DNA of 64,000 nucleotides from a virus (IMGVR_UViG_3300029305_003710:1-64000), one strand, 5' to 3'. Numbered from the stretch's first letter, positions 1 to 9,426 are shown. Notes: generated by a model from the sequence alone, not told the origin. Made by a program: numbers and translations.

Positions 1-89
1 AGACCTCCTTTTCCTCTGTCAAAGGAAAAATCTGTCAAAATCAAGGCAGGTTTTGGCGCAAAATGATGGTAAAATAATAATTAAAAAGT

Positions 90-134
90 GTCCCCAGGAA
101 AGGAGTCTGGGGACGGGGAGGTAAATGCACCTCC
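90..134 (+). promoter_or_regulatory. Two tandem hairpins upstream of the replication operon
   Basis: gtccccag (90-97) / ctggggac (107-114) and ggaggt (117-122) / acctcc (129-134); direct repeat tctgtcaaa at 15-23 and 31-39. Confidence 0.4.
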
Positions 135-174
135 AGTATAGCAAGTTAAAACTAAAAAGTCAAGGAGGAAAATT

Positions 175-489
175 ATGGCTTATAAAGTTAAAAATACTGA
201 TTGGATAAAAGTTGAGGGATGGATGATAAAACTTGGTCTTGATACTATGGAGGAGTTACTTTTGTATGCGTATATTTACACTTGGTCGTGTAGCTCAAAA
301 GGTTATGCGTGGATTTTATATGATTGTTTAGCCGAATGGCTTAATGTAGGGGAAGAGGAGGTAGCGATGTTGATAAATGGACTTATATGTAAAGGGCTTG
401 TAAAAGTTAAAACGATAAATGATAAAAAGTTTGGAAGGGAGCAGGTACTAGTGGCGACCAATCCGTTCAAAGGAGGCGAAGATGAGTAA
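175..489 (+). CDS. Small putative winged-helix protein
   Basis: ORF with SD aggagg; resembles the N-terminal HTH of phage replication proteins. Confidence 0.6.
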   Translation: MAYKVKNTDWIKVEGWMIKLGLDTMEELLLYAYIYTWSCSSKGYAWILYDCLAEWLNVGEEEVAMLINGLICKGLVKVKTINDKKFGREQVLVATNPFKGGEDE

Positions 490-1495
490 AAAAGAGAAAG
501 AAAGCTCCCCAAAACAGCTTGTAATGTTAGAGGGAAATAAGGACTTCAGTTTTAGGAGCCAATATATTCGAGAAGCTCAAGAGGTTGGCTTAGATTGGTT
601 TACCTTGGATATGTTCGTATATCACGAATTGCGTTTTATGGAAGATAATGGGCCATCGAAAGAAGGATTCAGTTTCACTGGATATAGCTGGTATGTTGAG
701 AAACTACTCGGAGTAACGGAAAAGTCTATCCTGGATTCGTTCACGAGATTGCAGAAAAAGGGTCTGGTAGTTCATGTATGCTGTGATAAGAGGATTTTTC
801 GTAATAAAACTAAATTGTGGATTAGTGTTGTAAAATTGTCCGGTGCTAAAAGTATGCGGGATGCTTTGGATGCTGTGAAGAAAATGCAATCTGTTGTGGA
901 TACGATTCGGGTTGCTGGAAGAGGTGGAAATCTAAATATCAAGATGTTGTCAAAAGACCCCACTAATGGACGCTTTGTGGTAGTAGATAATCCTGACAAC
1001 AAACAAAGTTCGAGCAAAAACGAGCAAAGTTCGAGTGAAAACGAATATAGTTCGAGTGGAAACGAACAATGTTCGTTTGGAAACGAACTTTCTGTTGAAC
1101 CCTCACCTCTTGAACCTATTGAGGTGGAGCGTGAGTCCTATGTACCTATTAAGTGCCCTTTAAGTTCCAAAGAAGAATCTTCGCCGACTTCACGAGGTGA
1201 AGTCTGTGATTTCGAAAAAGAATTTGAAGAAGTATGGAAGTTATATCCCAATAAAAAGGGCAAAGCTGTAGCATTAAAGGCTTATGTAAAAGCGAGGAAG
1301 TCTGGCGTAGATAGAGAGACTATTGTTAAAGGCATTGAAGCTTATAAGGCAGAAATTTCCCTTAAACAGACTCCGACAAAGTTCGTCAAACACGGTTCTA
1401 CCTGGTTTAATCAGCAAGGTTGGGAGGACGAGTATGAAAATGGAGCTAATAACTTTCGCGCGCCGCAAAATGATGGTTGGGCAGATGGTTTTTAG
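482..1495 (+). CDS. Phage replication initiator (N-terminal wHTH, C-terminal FEEVWKLYPNKKGK domain)
   Basis: C-terminal motif FEEVWKLYPNKKGKAVALKAY...FVKHGSTWFNQQGWED typical of lambda O / replisome-organizer-type initiators; internal iterons; helicase downstream. Confidence 0.85.
   Translation: MSKKEKESSPKQLVMLEGNKDFSFRSQYIREAQEVGLDWFTLDMFVYHELRFMEDNGPSKEGFSFTGYSWYVEKLLGVTEKSILDSFTRLQKKGLVVHVCCDKRIFRNKTKLWISVVKLSGAKSMRDALDAVKKMQSVVDTIRVAGRGGNLNIKMLSKDPTNGRFVVVDNPDNKQSSSKNEQSSSENEYSSSGNEQCSFGNELSVEPSPLEPIEVERESYVPIKCPLSSKEESSPTSRGEVCDFEKEFEEVWKLYPNKKGKAVALKAYVKARKSGVDRETIVKGIEAYKAEISLKQTPTKFVKHGSTWFNQQGWEDEYENGANNFRAPQNDGWADGF
998..1088 (+). repeat. Four and a half tandem 21-bp iterons (putative replication origin)
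   Basis: aacaaacaaagttcgagcaaa / aacgagcaaagttcgagtgaa / aacgaatatagttcgagtgga / aacgaacaatgttcgtttgga / aacgaac. Confidence 0.8.
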
Positions 1496-1545
1496 GCTTG
1501 TGAAATCGCATTAAATGACATAAAATGGTATAAAAGGAGGTAATA

Positions 1546-1863
1546 ATGTTCGAAGAGCAATCTTTCGACGAAACGGTAATGGGGCTACTGCTTAAAGACG
1601 ATGCCAAAAAGTATGACCCCCAGCACCCATTATGGTCATTTAATTGGTTATGGCTTACTCAGGGCCAGTTTAATGCGATAATACAAAACCAAACGAAGTG
1701 TTATCGGATAGATGACAAAATGTTCAATGCTCACGAGGTTCGTATTGCAAGGAAGTTTACTTATCAGGAATTGAGGAAGGAAAATCCGGATTGGAAAACC
1801 CCAGTATATCTTTTAGAGGCTTTACAAGCCGAGCGGGAGGCGAAAAAAATTGCCGAAGTATGA
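1546..1863 (+). CDS. Hypothetical protein
   Basis: ORF with SD aggagg, between initiator and helicase. Confidence 0.7.
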   Translation: MFEEQSFDETVMGLLLKDDAKKYDPQHPLWSFNWLWLTQGQFNAIIQNQTKCYRIDDKMFNAHEVRIARKFTYQELRKENPDWKTPVYLLEALQAEREAKKIAEV

Positions 1864-2824
1864 CCCTGTTGAGGATTTTCTATTCAGAGCTAGGAAATTA
1901 ACTCCCGAGCAGAAGGAACAGATAGTCCTTGACCTCTCCCACGCTAAATTGGATGAGCAGAAAGAGGCTCGTCAGTTAGGCGAAATTGTCCCGATTATGG
2001 AAGGTAGTAGTTTTCAAGAGGTTGAGGAACAATTTAAGAAGGGAGATACTGTTGAGGGTCTAAGCACAGGCTATTGGACATTAGACCGAATGACCGCAGG
2101 ATTAGTTTCAGGGGAGCTGATAGTCTTAACCGCTGAAAGTGGTATAGGTAAAACTTTGCTCTGTGTAAATATGGCGGCAAGACAATTAGCACTGGGATAT
2201 AGAATCTTGATAATTTCGCTTGAGAACACCGTCAAAAGCATTAGGCGGAGATTAAGAGGAGTGATGGGGCCAGATTACTTCGAATTATTGGTGGGGGATG
2301 ATAATATCTTTATTCAGAAATTCCCGCAGATACCGTCAACCTCAATTAAGTATGCGATTGAAAGTGCCAAGAAAAAAGGAGTGCAGGTTGTTTATATCGA
2401 CCATTTGCAGTATTTGCAAACAGGCATTGAAAATCCAGTAGAGGAAATTGGGCGAATCACGAAGGAATGTAAGACTTTAAGCCAGGAATATGAACTTCCA
2501 ATTATCCTAGTTTCCCAAGTAAGGAAATTGGAAAAAGGAGCGCAGATTGGAGCCGACGATTTATATGGTTCGGTTAAGATTAGACAAACCGCAGATATTA
2601 TTTTAATCGGGGATAAAGACCCGCAGGAGTTTACTCAGCACGTCAGGGTGACCGTTCATAAGCAGAGGGATAGGGTTCTGTGGAGATTATTTTCATCCGT
2701 TAAATTAGCTCAGATTGGTTTCGACCTAGAGGAGCCTCCGTATAATGAGGAAATGGATACTACAAATGATGTAATGGGCAAACCCCGTGGCAAGGGCACT
2801 ACAGCATTGACTTTCCGAGAATAA
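1850..2824 (+). CDS. DnaB-like replicative helicase
   Basis: Walker A TAESGIGKT, VYIDHLQ, IILVSQVRK, DLYGSVKIRQTADII. Confidence 0.9.
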   Translation: MPKYDPVEDFLFRARKLTPEQKEQIVLDLSHAKLDEQKEARQLGEIVPIMEGSSFQEVEEQFKKGDTVEGLSTGYWTLDRMTAGLVSGELIVLTAESGIGKTLLCVNMAARQLALGYRILIISLENTVKSIRRRLRGVMGPDYFELLVGDDNIFIQKFPQIPSTSIKYAIESAKKKGVQVVYIDHLQYLQTGIENPVEEIGRITKECKTLSQEYELPIILVSQVRKLEKGAQIGADDLYGSVKIRQTADIILIGDKDPQEFTQHVRVTVHKQRDRVLWRLFSSVKLAQIGFDLEEPPYNEEMDTTNDVMGKPRGKGTTALTFRE

Positions 2825-2846
2825 ACCGTATAATAATTTATATGGG

Positions 2847-4110
2847 GTGAGTTCCCGTCGCAATCCCCTCCGTTTAGGGAGGGGTTAGACGGAATTGTGA
2901 TACAGACATAGATAAAAATATCATAATGTGGTATAATAAGAATATGATTCGAGCAATCAAACGTAGAATTTATCCAACAGAAGAACAGGCCCAATTCTTT
3001 GAGCGTAATTTTGGCTGTGCTAGATTCGTTTATAATCAATTGCTCGAACACCAAATTAAGAACCACGAGCAAGGAGAAAGATTCGCTAATAAATATACTA
3101 TGGTGCATTGGCTAACGGCTCTCAAGACGGAGAACCCGTGGCTTAGAGAAGTAGATAGTCGTGCTTTGCAAGAAGCTATGTTCGCTTTAGAATCGGGATA
3201 CTTAGCGTTTTTCCGAAAAAATAACGCCTTCCCAAACTTTAAGAGCAAGAAATCCGCTAGACAATCCTACACTACTAATGCCAATCTTAAAGTTCTCGAT
3301 GGCTACATCCAAATTCCCAAAGCTAAGCTCGTGAGATACAAAGGCAAATCTCTCGGGAACATCTGCCCGAAAAAGATTACGATTTCTAAAACTGCTGGGC
3401 GGTATTATGCTTCGATTATGTACGACGACGGCAGACCAACCCCAGAAAAGGCTCCTATCCAAAAGAGTGTCGGTGTCGATATGGGGGTTAAAGACTATGC
3501 GGTTCTGTCCGACGGGAAGAAATATGTAAACCCGAAATTATTAAGTAAATCTGAAGAACGACTTAAAGTTTTGCAGCGAAGGCTCGCCAAAAAGCAGAAG
3601 GGGAGCAATCGTAGGTTGGTTGCGAAACTTAAAGTTGCTAGACAATACGAGAAAATTAGAAACCAGAGACAAGACTTCTTACATAAGTTGTCAAACGAGA
3701 TAACCAATCAGTACGACTATGTAGCGATAGAAGACCTGTCAGTGACGAATATGGTTAAAAACCATAAATTGGCAAAGGCAATCGAGGATTGTTCTTGGGG
3801 TGAGTTTGCTCGTCAACTCGAATATAAGTCAGAGTGGCGTGGCAAAACTCTCAAGAAAATCGGCAGATTTGAGCCGAGTTCTAAAACCTGTTCAAACTGT
3901 GGTTATGTCAAACATGATTTAACCCTAGCCGACAGGGAGTGGGACTGTCCAGAGTGTCATGCTCATCTCGATAGAGACGTAAATGCCGCTAAAAATATAC
4001 TGGTTTTCTCAAGCACGGCAGGAACTGTCGGAAGTGGACGAGGAGGAGCTAACAATGGTTAGTCCGATGAGTCGTCAAGAAGCCCCGTCTTTTAAGGCGG
4101 GGAGGTTCAC
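2847..4110 (+). mobile_element. Non-autonomous IS200/IS605-family element (tnpB only)
   Basis: Left hairpin CAAT-cccctcc-gttta-gggagggg (2861-2884); right end GAAG-ccccgtcttttaaggcgggg-aggt-TCAC (to 4110); no tnpA; left boundary inferred. Confidence 0.85.
2944..4062 (+). CDS. tnpB: RNA-guided endonuclease TnpB
   Basis: HTH FGCARFVYN; RuvC motifs GVDMG, IEDL, DRDVNAA intact; Zn finger CSNC...CPEC; ATG 6 nt after TATAAT (2932-2937). Confidence 0.95.
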   Translation: MIRAIKRRIYPTEEQAQFFERNFGCARFVYNQLLEHQIKNHEQGERFANKYTMVHWLTALKTENPWLREVDSRALQEAMFALESGYLAFFRKNNAFPNFKSKKSARQSYTTNANLKVLDGYIQIPKAKLVRYKGKSLGNICPKKITISKTAGRYYASIMYDDGRPTPEKAPIQKSVGVDMGVKDYAVLSDGKKYVNPKLLSKSEERLKVLQRRLAKKQKGSNRRLVAKLKVARQYEKIRNQRQDFLHKLSNEITNQYDYVAIEDLSVTNMVKNHKLAKAIEDCSWGEFARQLEYKSEWRGKTLKKIGRFEPSSKTCSNCGYVKHDLTLADREWDCPECHAHLDRDVNAAKNILVFSSTAGTVGSGRGGANNG

Positions 4111-4126
4111 TGCCGAAATTGAGCGT
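3990..4126 (+). ncRNA. TnpB omega RNA (reRNA) scaffold plus guide from flank (tgccgaaattgagcgt)
   Basis: Overlaps tnpB 3' end and IS right end ending TCAC; 5' boundary approximate. Confidence 0.7.
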
Positions 4127-4411
4127 TTTGATAATAATTATGAATATCTGACTAATTCGATTAAAGATTATGAGAGAATTATTGCTCGTCTTGAGGGAAA
4201 CATAAAAAACCCCAACTTCTCCGAGGAAAGAAGAAAAGGTTTTGAAGGATTACTCGAGGTAGCAAAACAAGAATTAGAGAATAGAAAACTAGAGCTTCAA
4301 GAGCTGTTGCAAACTGGGGAAATTACTTATAAAGAAGAAACCCCGGAAGAAAAGGAACAGTTTAAGCGTCTGTATAAGGAGTGGGAATCAGAATACAAGG
4401 AGGCAAAATGA
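4055..4411 (+). CDS. Coiled-coil hypothetical protein, interrupted by the IS and restarted from an ATG inside the IS right end
   Basis: SD aggagg (4041-4046), ATG 4055, open frame through the IS end into AEIERFDNNYEY. Confidence 0.55.
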   Translation: MVSPMSRQEAPSFKAGRFTAEIERFDNNYEYLTNSIKDYERIIARLEGNIKNPNFSEERRKGFEGLLEVAKQELENRKLELQELLQTGEITYKEETPEEKEQFKRLYKEWESEYKEAK

Positions 4412-4641
4412 CTAGGGAACAACGCATTAAAAAACTTGTCAAATTCTTAAAAGAGAACTACCCCAAGTCTCAAATCTTCAACGTTCCTTGTATGGCGGGG
4501 GATTATTAAGAATGTGTATATAAGGATGGAGATATCTGGATTATGTATGCCCCAGGATGGGGCTATCTCGACCTGTATGGCGTGACGGCAAAGGAGTTCA
4601 ATTCGTTCGTGAGGGAAGACCATATAAAAAATGCGTTCTAA
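4408..4641 (+). pseudogene. Small gene with in-frame TAA at 4507-4509
   Basis: SD aaggagg; MTREQRIKK...AGDY*ECVYKDGDIWIMYAPGWGYLDLYG continues protein-like after the stop. Confidence 0.6.
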
Positions 4642-4745
4642 GGTCTCTAAAACGCTCTGTAAGGCCTGTTTAGAGCATGAGACGATATAACTCGTCTTAG
4701 CGGGAATAGCTTGATATTTATCCGAAAACCATTTATAATTAGAGT

Positions 4746-5525
4746 ATGACTAATCAGAGAAAATGGACTTCCCAACTCTTCAAATATCTTGAGGAAAGTG
4801 GCTTTAATCCCATTGGCATTAATTTTAGGGATGATTATTTTATCTTTGACCATGGTGAAGATAAAGTCGTCCATTTTCATATTAACGAGCTAAAAGGCTG
4901 GAAATTCGGTATCTGGTGGAACATAGACGGGGAAGAGCAGTTCGACTTTTTTACTCAGTATGAAGCCAATATAGATAAATTTAAGCCGAGTGCCTCAACG
5001 TTTGTAATAGAAGATTGTTGCCTAGAGGATTGGAGTCTCAAGGATTGTCGTAGGATTTGTCAATTTATCAAAAAACACCCGTATGTAGCTTGGGACATAG
5101 ATTGTGGGTGTAAGCGGGACATCTGGGATTTAGCCGATGTCGAGCATCCCTTCTTTGGATTTTATCAGGAACGTTTGCGATATTGGTGGGCAGAGGTTTG
5201 TTATAGGCGGTTCAACAAGAAGTACCTTAAATTGGTCTCCGAGATAGCTGACGAATATCTTATCTCCCCTCAAATCATTGACGAGAACAAGAACGGTTGG
5301 GAAACATCACCTAGATACTTTATCAAGTGCAAAGGGATGAAGGAAGAGGACTTGAAGCCTGGGCATTACGGCATCGAGTTTGATACAGAATTATCCCCTT
5401 CTCTTAAGAAAAAAGCCTTAAAGTATGAAAAATCTCTTAAAAGAAAAATCAACCAACCTTGGCGAACTTATGACATTGACCCAGTAGGGCGGCTTTGCTT
5501 CACAGTGGTAAAGGAGAAAGAATAA
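4746..5525 (+). CDS. Hypothetical protein
   Basis: 259-aa ORF, TATAAT 6 nt before ATG. Confidence 0.75.
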   Translation: MTNQRKWTSQLFKYLEESGFNPIGINFRDDYFIFDHGEDKVVHFHINELKGWKFGIWWNIDGEEQFDFFTQYEANIDKFKPSASTFVIEDCCLEDWSLKDCRRICQFIKKHPYVAWDIDCGCKRDIWDLADVEHPFFGFYQERLRYWWAEVCYRRFNKKYLKLVSEIADEYLISPQIIDENKNGWETSPRYFIKCKGMKEEDLKPGHYGIEFDTELSPSLKKKALKYEKSLKRKINQPWRTYDIDPVGRLCFTVVKEKE

Positions 5526-6055
5526 TGCTCTGGATAATAATTTCCGTTTTACTTGCAATAGTTATAATATGTCGAATTTTTCCCGTAGAAAACGCTTTTG
5601 ATATATCTTTTGTAGCGATATCATGCGTAATGGCAGGGGTAATGGTGGCACTTGTTGTATATAACGTAGAAGTGGCGTTTGCTCCACAGACAAGCGGAAC
5701 GAAGATAGAATTCGTTGCCCCTCTTGTATCTGCGAAGGTAGGAGGCTCTTGGAAAATAGAAGGAGCTTTCTCTGGAGGCATATTCGCCAGCAGAGGTTAT
5801 ATTGAAGGGGGCTCGAAGGTTGGGTTTTTGTTCTATCAGCAAGAAGGAGAGGGTACCATCCTGAAGGAAATCCCTGCCGACCGCACGACGATTAAGTATT
5901 CCGACGAGCCTAGGATTGTCACTAATAGTTACTTTTGCGAAGACCCTGAGATTGGCTTGTGGGGCGTTGCTTATAGATGTTCGACCCCTGAACCGACCTA
6001 TACTTTATACGTCCCTGAAGGAAGTATCGTAGGGAATATCGATTTAAACTTATAA
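5525..6055 (+). CDS. Membrane protein (two N-terminal TM helices)
   Basis: Hydrophobic N-terminus; TAATG coupling. Confidence 0.7.
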   Translation: MLWIIISVLLAIVIICRIFPVENAFDISFVAISCVMAGVMVALVVYNVEVAFAPQTSGTKIEFVAPLVSAKVGGSWKIEGAFSGGIFASRGYIEGGSKVGFLFYQQEGEGTILKEIPADRTTIKYSDEPRIVTNSYFCEDPEIGLWGVAYRCSTPEPTYTLYVPEGSIVGNIDLNL

Positions 6056-6067
6056 AAAGGAGGAAGT

Positions 6068-6277
6068 ATGAGAATCTTTGGTAAAGTCTTTCCGTTTAAC
6101 ATTAGGAGAAAACCGAAAAAGTATGGGGTTTATTGGACTGTCGATTCTGACAATTGTATATGTTTGCGTCAATGGCTGAATAGTCGCGAAGATAAAGTTG
6201 CTTTTAGGAATAATCTTGTTTTCAATAACGAAGTAGAAGCTATACAAGAACGGGAAAGGAGAGCTTATGTTGCTTAA
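6068..6277 (+). CDS. Hypothetical protein
   Basis: SD aggagg. Confidence 0.6.
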   Translation: MRIFGKVFPFNIRRKPKKYGVYWTVDSDNCICLRQWLNSREDKVAFRNNLVFNNEVEAIQERERRAYVA

Positions 6278-6854
6278 AGACAAGAAAACGGGTGGAAACG
6301 TTAATGTTAAGATAACCTTTGAGACGGAATATACGGACGAAATTGAAGCTAAAACCTATAAGGGTAAGCCTTTGACACTTAAACTGCTTGCGGAATGTTT
6401 TGAGGATGTTCCTGAAGAGATTAAATCATGGGAAGAAGTCATGCAAATTAAGGAGCTCCCGAGCGGTCTTAAAATCGCAGACCAGGATTATTACGAGATT
6501 CTTCCGGGCGGAACGAAGAAGACCAAGTTTACTTGGGATGAAGCCATGGAGATTGAGAGGAAAACAAACGGCAAGTGGCGAGTCCCCTCCTCGAAAGAAC
6601 TCAAACGTCGGAATGCTTATGTGATTCTTAAAGAGGATACGAAGGGGTTTGTGCCGAACTGGACGGATAAAGACCAGCCGAAATATTATGCCGTATACAA
6701 CTATTACGACAATAGAGTAGATGTTAATATTGCGTGGAGCTATAAAGCTCATGGATGGGGACTCTACTTTGCTACAAAGGAAGACATCCGAGCATCTATC
6801 AAGAATCATAAGCAGCTTTGGCTCGACTATCTAGGTGTTGAGGAGGAAGAATGA
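6267..6854 (+). CDS. Hypothetical phage protein
   Basis: SD aggag; C-terminal FVPNW...KYYAVY...YFATKEDIRASI pattern common in phage proteins. Confidence 0.65.
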   Translation: MLLKDKKTGGNVNVKITFETEYTDEIEAKTYKGKPLTLKLLAECFEDVPEEIKSWEEVMQIKELPSGLKIADQDYYEILPGGTKKTKFTWDEAMEIERKTNGKWRVPSSKELKRRNAYVILKEDTKGFVPNWTDKDQPKYYAVYNYYDNRVDVNIAWSYKAHGWGLYFATKEDIRASIKNHKQLWLDYLGVEEEE

Positions 6855-7294
6855 GCAGAGAAATTGCGTTTAGAGCATATTATAAGCCTCTTAAAAAATA
6901 CTTGCCAATCGACAGTATTTTGTTTAAGATTGGAGCAGTTAAAGGCTCAGACCCGTTAGAAATTGTTAGTCTTGGGGAAGTTTCATCCTTTGCTCTTTAT
7001 GGAGTGGAACGACCAAATGTAGCCACGCCAGTCCCCCCCGAGAGCGTTATCATTGAGCAATATACTGGCTTAAAAGATAAGAACGGCAAAAAGATTTATG
7101 TTGGTGATATTCTGGAAACTTGTTGTGGAAAAGCGGAAGTGTATTTTGATGACGAACTTTTAACGTATAAGATAGTGGTAAGACATGGTGGGACAATGCC
7201 ACTTGTTGGCAAAAAATCAGCAAGACACTTCGACTATGAAGTTATCGGCAACGCGCGCGAAGATAGGGAGTTGTTAAATGATTGGAAGGAGTAA
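6851..7294 (+). CDS. YopX-family protein
   Basis: REIAFRAY...IEQYTGLKDKNGKKIYVGDIL...EVIGN. Confidence 0.9.
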   Translation: MSREIAFRAYYKPLKKYLPIDSILFKIGAVKGSDPLEIVSLGEVSSFALYGVERPNVATPVPPESVIIEQYTGLKDKNGKKIYVGDILETCCGKAEVYFDDELLTYKIVVRHGGTMPLVGKKSARHFDYEVIGNAREDRELLNDWKE

Positions 7295-7296
7295 GT

Positions 7297-7512
7297 ATGA
7301 GTAAATATGTTTTAAAACCAAAATACTATGACTCTATCGTACAGGACAACCTTTTCGTTGCTGAGATTACTCTTTCTGAAGGCCCAGACAGAGATAACGA
7401 AACTCGCGGTAGGATTATTATGGAAACTGGACTAGGCTCTACATTTTTCACGAGTTTTGATGAGTTTTACGATAGATATGAGGTGATAGGAAAGGCAAGT
7501 AAGTATGATTAA
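7297..7512 (+). CDS. Hypothetical protein
   Basis: SD aaggag, ATG 7297. Confidence 0.6.
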   Translation: MSKYVLKPKYYDSIVQDNLFVAEITLSEGPDRDNETRGRIIMETGLGSTFFTSFDEFYDRYEVIGKASKYD

Positions 7513-7879
7513 AATTTGGGTAGATGATGAAAGACCAATGCCAGAGGGGTATGATTATTGTGCTACTTCGGTATTTGACGCTATTCGAGTAATAACGGAG
7601 GCTATGAGAGAGGCGAGGGAAGGCGGATATGAAGCAGAATGCTCCGTGGGAGCGATTTTATTAGACCTCGACCACGACTCGGGCTACGGGTTAGGGGGAG
7701 ATTTTATCGAGATATTAAAGTATTACTCTCTCCCAGATTTTAGGTGGAGTTTTGGGACTAAAGAAACTCGAGGTTATAATCCCCCGCTTTATGTTAGGTT
7801 TCATTCCGCCAACCCTGTCGGAGTTAAAAATATGCGGGTAATCGTGGAGAGTTGCCCGTGGATGGAGGAGATAGAATGA
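7505..7879 (+). CDS. Cyclic-phosphate-processing receiver-like domain protein
   Basis: IWVDDERPMP...LDLDHDSG...HSANPVGVKNM. Confidence 0.8.
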   Translation: MIKIWVDDERPMPEGYDYCATSVFDAIRVITEAMREAREGGYEAECSVGAILLDLDHDSGYGLGGDFIEILKYYSLPDFRWSFGTKETRGYNPPLYVRFHSANPVGVKNMRVIVESCPWMEEIE

Positions 7880-8205
7880 AAGTGATAAGGGTAGTATTGG
7901 ATGGCTCCGAAGAGTTGAATTGTATGGGTATGAAGCAGTTTTATGAAATGCTTTCTTCGGATGCGCAAAAAATCGTGACCGATATGACTCAACCTATCAA
8001 CCCGATATGGTTCAACCGCGGATACCGTATAAAAATCGTATGCGGCGGCAAAGAAATAGACTATAGAAAGCTTCTTGATAGCGGAAGGGTGCGTTGGTCA
8101 CAAAACTTCGAAAGAATGATATTCGGCGGTGCCTTGACTGACGTTCTCCCTAGTAATTGGTTGTACCGCCCACCGTATGCCAACACCAATTTGGAGGAGG
8201 GATGA
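7876..8205 (+). CDS. Hypothetical protein
   Basis: SD ggagg, ATGA overlap. Confidence 0.65.
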   Translation: MKVIRVVLDGSEELNCMGMKQFYEMLSSDAQKIVTDMTQPINPIWFNRGYRIKIVCGGKEIDYRKLLDSGRVRWSQNFERMIFGGALTDVLPSNWLYRPPYANTNLEEG

Positions 8206-8256
8206 TGTCATATAATGCATCAGAACGAAAAAACAAAAACAGTCTAAGGATGCAAC

Positions 8257-8412
8257 ATGAGCAAACTCAAACATTATAAGACCGAAGCCGAAGCCCAAGC
8301 TTATATTGATGGATATCTTGACGGAATAAGCGAAGCTAGCTATGTTTTAAGGAGAGTTGAACGCGAGTTTGAGGAATATGCCGAACCAAAACTATTTATG
8401 GAAGACCTATGA
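8257..8412 (+). CDS. Small hypothetical protein (51 aa)
   Basis: MSKLKHYKTEAEAQAYIDGYLDG; SD aagga; read by eye. Confidence 0.55.
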   Translation: MSKLKHYKTEAEAQAYIDGYLDGISEASYVLRRVEREFEEYAEPKLFMEDL

Positions 8413-8660
8413 CTTACCGTAAGCGACCAGAAAAATACCTCGCAAAATGGGAGCGAAAGAAGCGTAGAAAGTTTAGACGGATTGAAAAAGCGTTTATGAG
8501 GTCACAAGAGAGTTGGCGATGGTGGAACATGAGGAAGTACGACACCTCCACAGGACAAGGTCTTGAAGCCTTTTTCGCCGACATTTGGCAACGACGACGC
8601 TCGCAAAAAAGAATCACCAAAAGATATTATGCTAACCGAAAATACGAAAGGAACAAATGA
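8409..8660 (+). CDS. Basic hypothetical protein
   Basis: ATGA overlap with previous gene. Confidence 0.55.
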   Translation: MTYRKRPEKYLAKWERKKRRKFRRIEKAFMRSQESWRWWNMRKYDTSTGQGLEAFFADIWQRRRSQKRITKRYYANRKYERNK

Positions 8661-8714
8661 TATTTACGAGTAATAACCTAGACGTTATCCTAGTCAAGAA
8701 TAAAAAGACAGAGG

Positions 8715-8927
8715 TTGAGCGATAATGCATTGTTTATGGATGGAGAAGGCATGAGCGAAGCAGATGCGAGCATACCAGTAAAGGACGTACTCAAATATGT
8801 AAAAGCGACAAACCGCTACCCCTCGCAACTCGTGTTTAAGGCTTATAGCAAGCAACAGAAAATAATGTTTGATAAAAATATCGGACGGTATATGCCCAAT
8901 GTCGTCTCGGTAGTGGAGGAAGTATGA
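8715..8927 (+). CDS. Hypothetical protein, possibly a frameshifted continuation of an ORF starting at 8657
   Basis: TTG start without SD; upstream MIFTSNNLDVILVKNK frame would join it by a one-base change in an A run. Confidence 0.45.
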   Translation: MSDNALFMDGEGMSEADASIPVKDVLKYVKATNRYPSQLVFKAYSKQQKIMFDKNIGRYMPNVVSVVEEV

Positions 8928-9229
8928 GTATTGAGCTAATTTATAAGTTAATAGCTTGTCATTTTATAGGAGACTATCTTTTCCAGCAGGATTTTATTGC
9001 CAGTACGAAAGGACAGAACTGGTATCATCTTTTAATTCATTGCGTGCTTTACTCTGTACCGTTCTATCTGTGCTTTGGCGGGTCTATCTGGCTTTTCATC
9101 ATCACGGCCCTCCATTTCCCTATTGACGTACTCAAGGCACGGTACAAGAAAATCAATTACGTTACCGACCAAATTTTACACTTCGTTTTGTTAGCGGCGT
9201 ACGCTCTTCTAGGAGGGCTTATAAAATGA
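8924..9229 (+). CDS. DUF3307-like membrane protein
   Basis: HFIGDYLFQ...LLIHCVLY...HFPID...DQILH. Confidence 0.85.
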   Translation: MSIELIYKLIACHFIGDYLFQQDFIASTKGQNWYHLLIHCVLYSVPFYLCFGGSIWLFIITALHFPIDVLKARYKKINYVTDQILHFVLLAAYALLGGLIK

Positions 9230-9426
9230 TAGAGAAATTGTATTGTCTCAGATGCGATGAGTGTGGAGAAGTAATTAACTACTGGCAGACTTCTTCCATC
9301 GAGAAAGCTATTAGAAAAGAAAAAATCAACGGCGAAGTGAAAATAACCAAACGAGTCAACGGAATGTATCATTTAGTTTGTCAGGATTGCGTAAAAAGCT
9401 TAATGAAGAATAAAAACAATGGCTAA
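9226..9426 (+). CDS. Small Zn-binding protein
   Basis: CDEC...CQDC. Confidence 0.6.
   Translation: MIEKLYCLRCDECGEVINYWQTSSIEKAIRKEKINGEVKITKRVNGMYHLVCQDCVKSLMKNKNNG

Noticed and set aside
998-1088. CRISPR-like array
   Set aside because: Repeats are contiguous without spacers and in frame within a CDS; no cas genes; no other repeat-spacer pattern noticed.
2847-4110. IStron (group I intron fused to IS)
   Set aside because: No intron core between the left end and tnpB; only about 60 nt separate the hairpin from the start.
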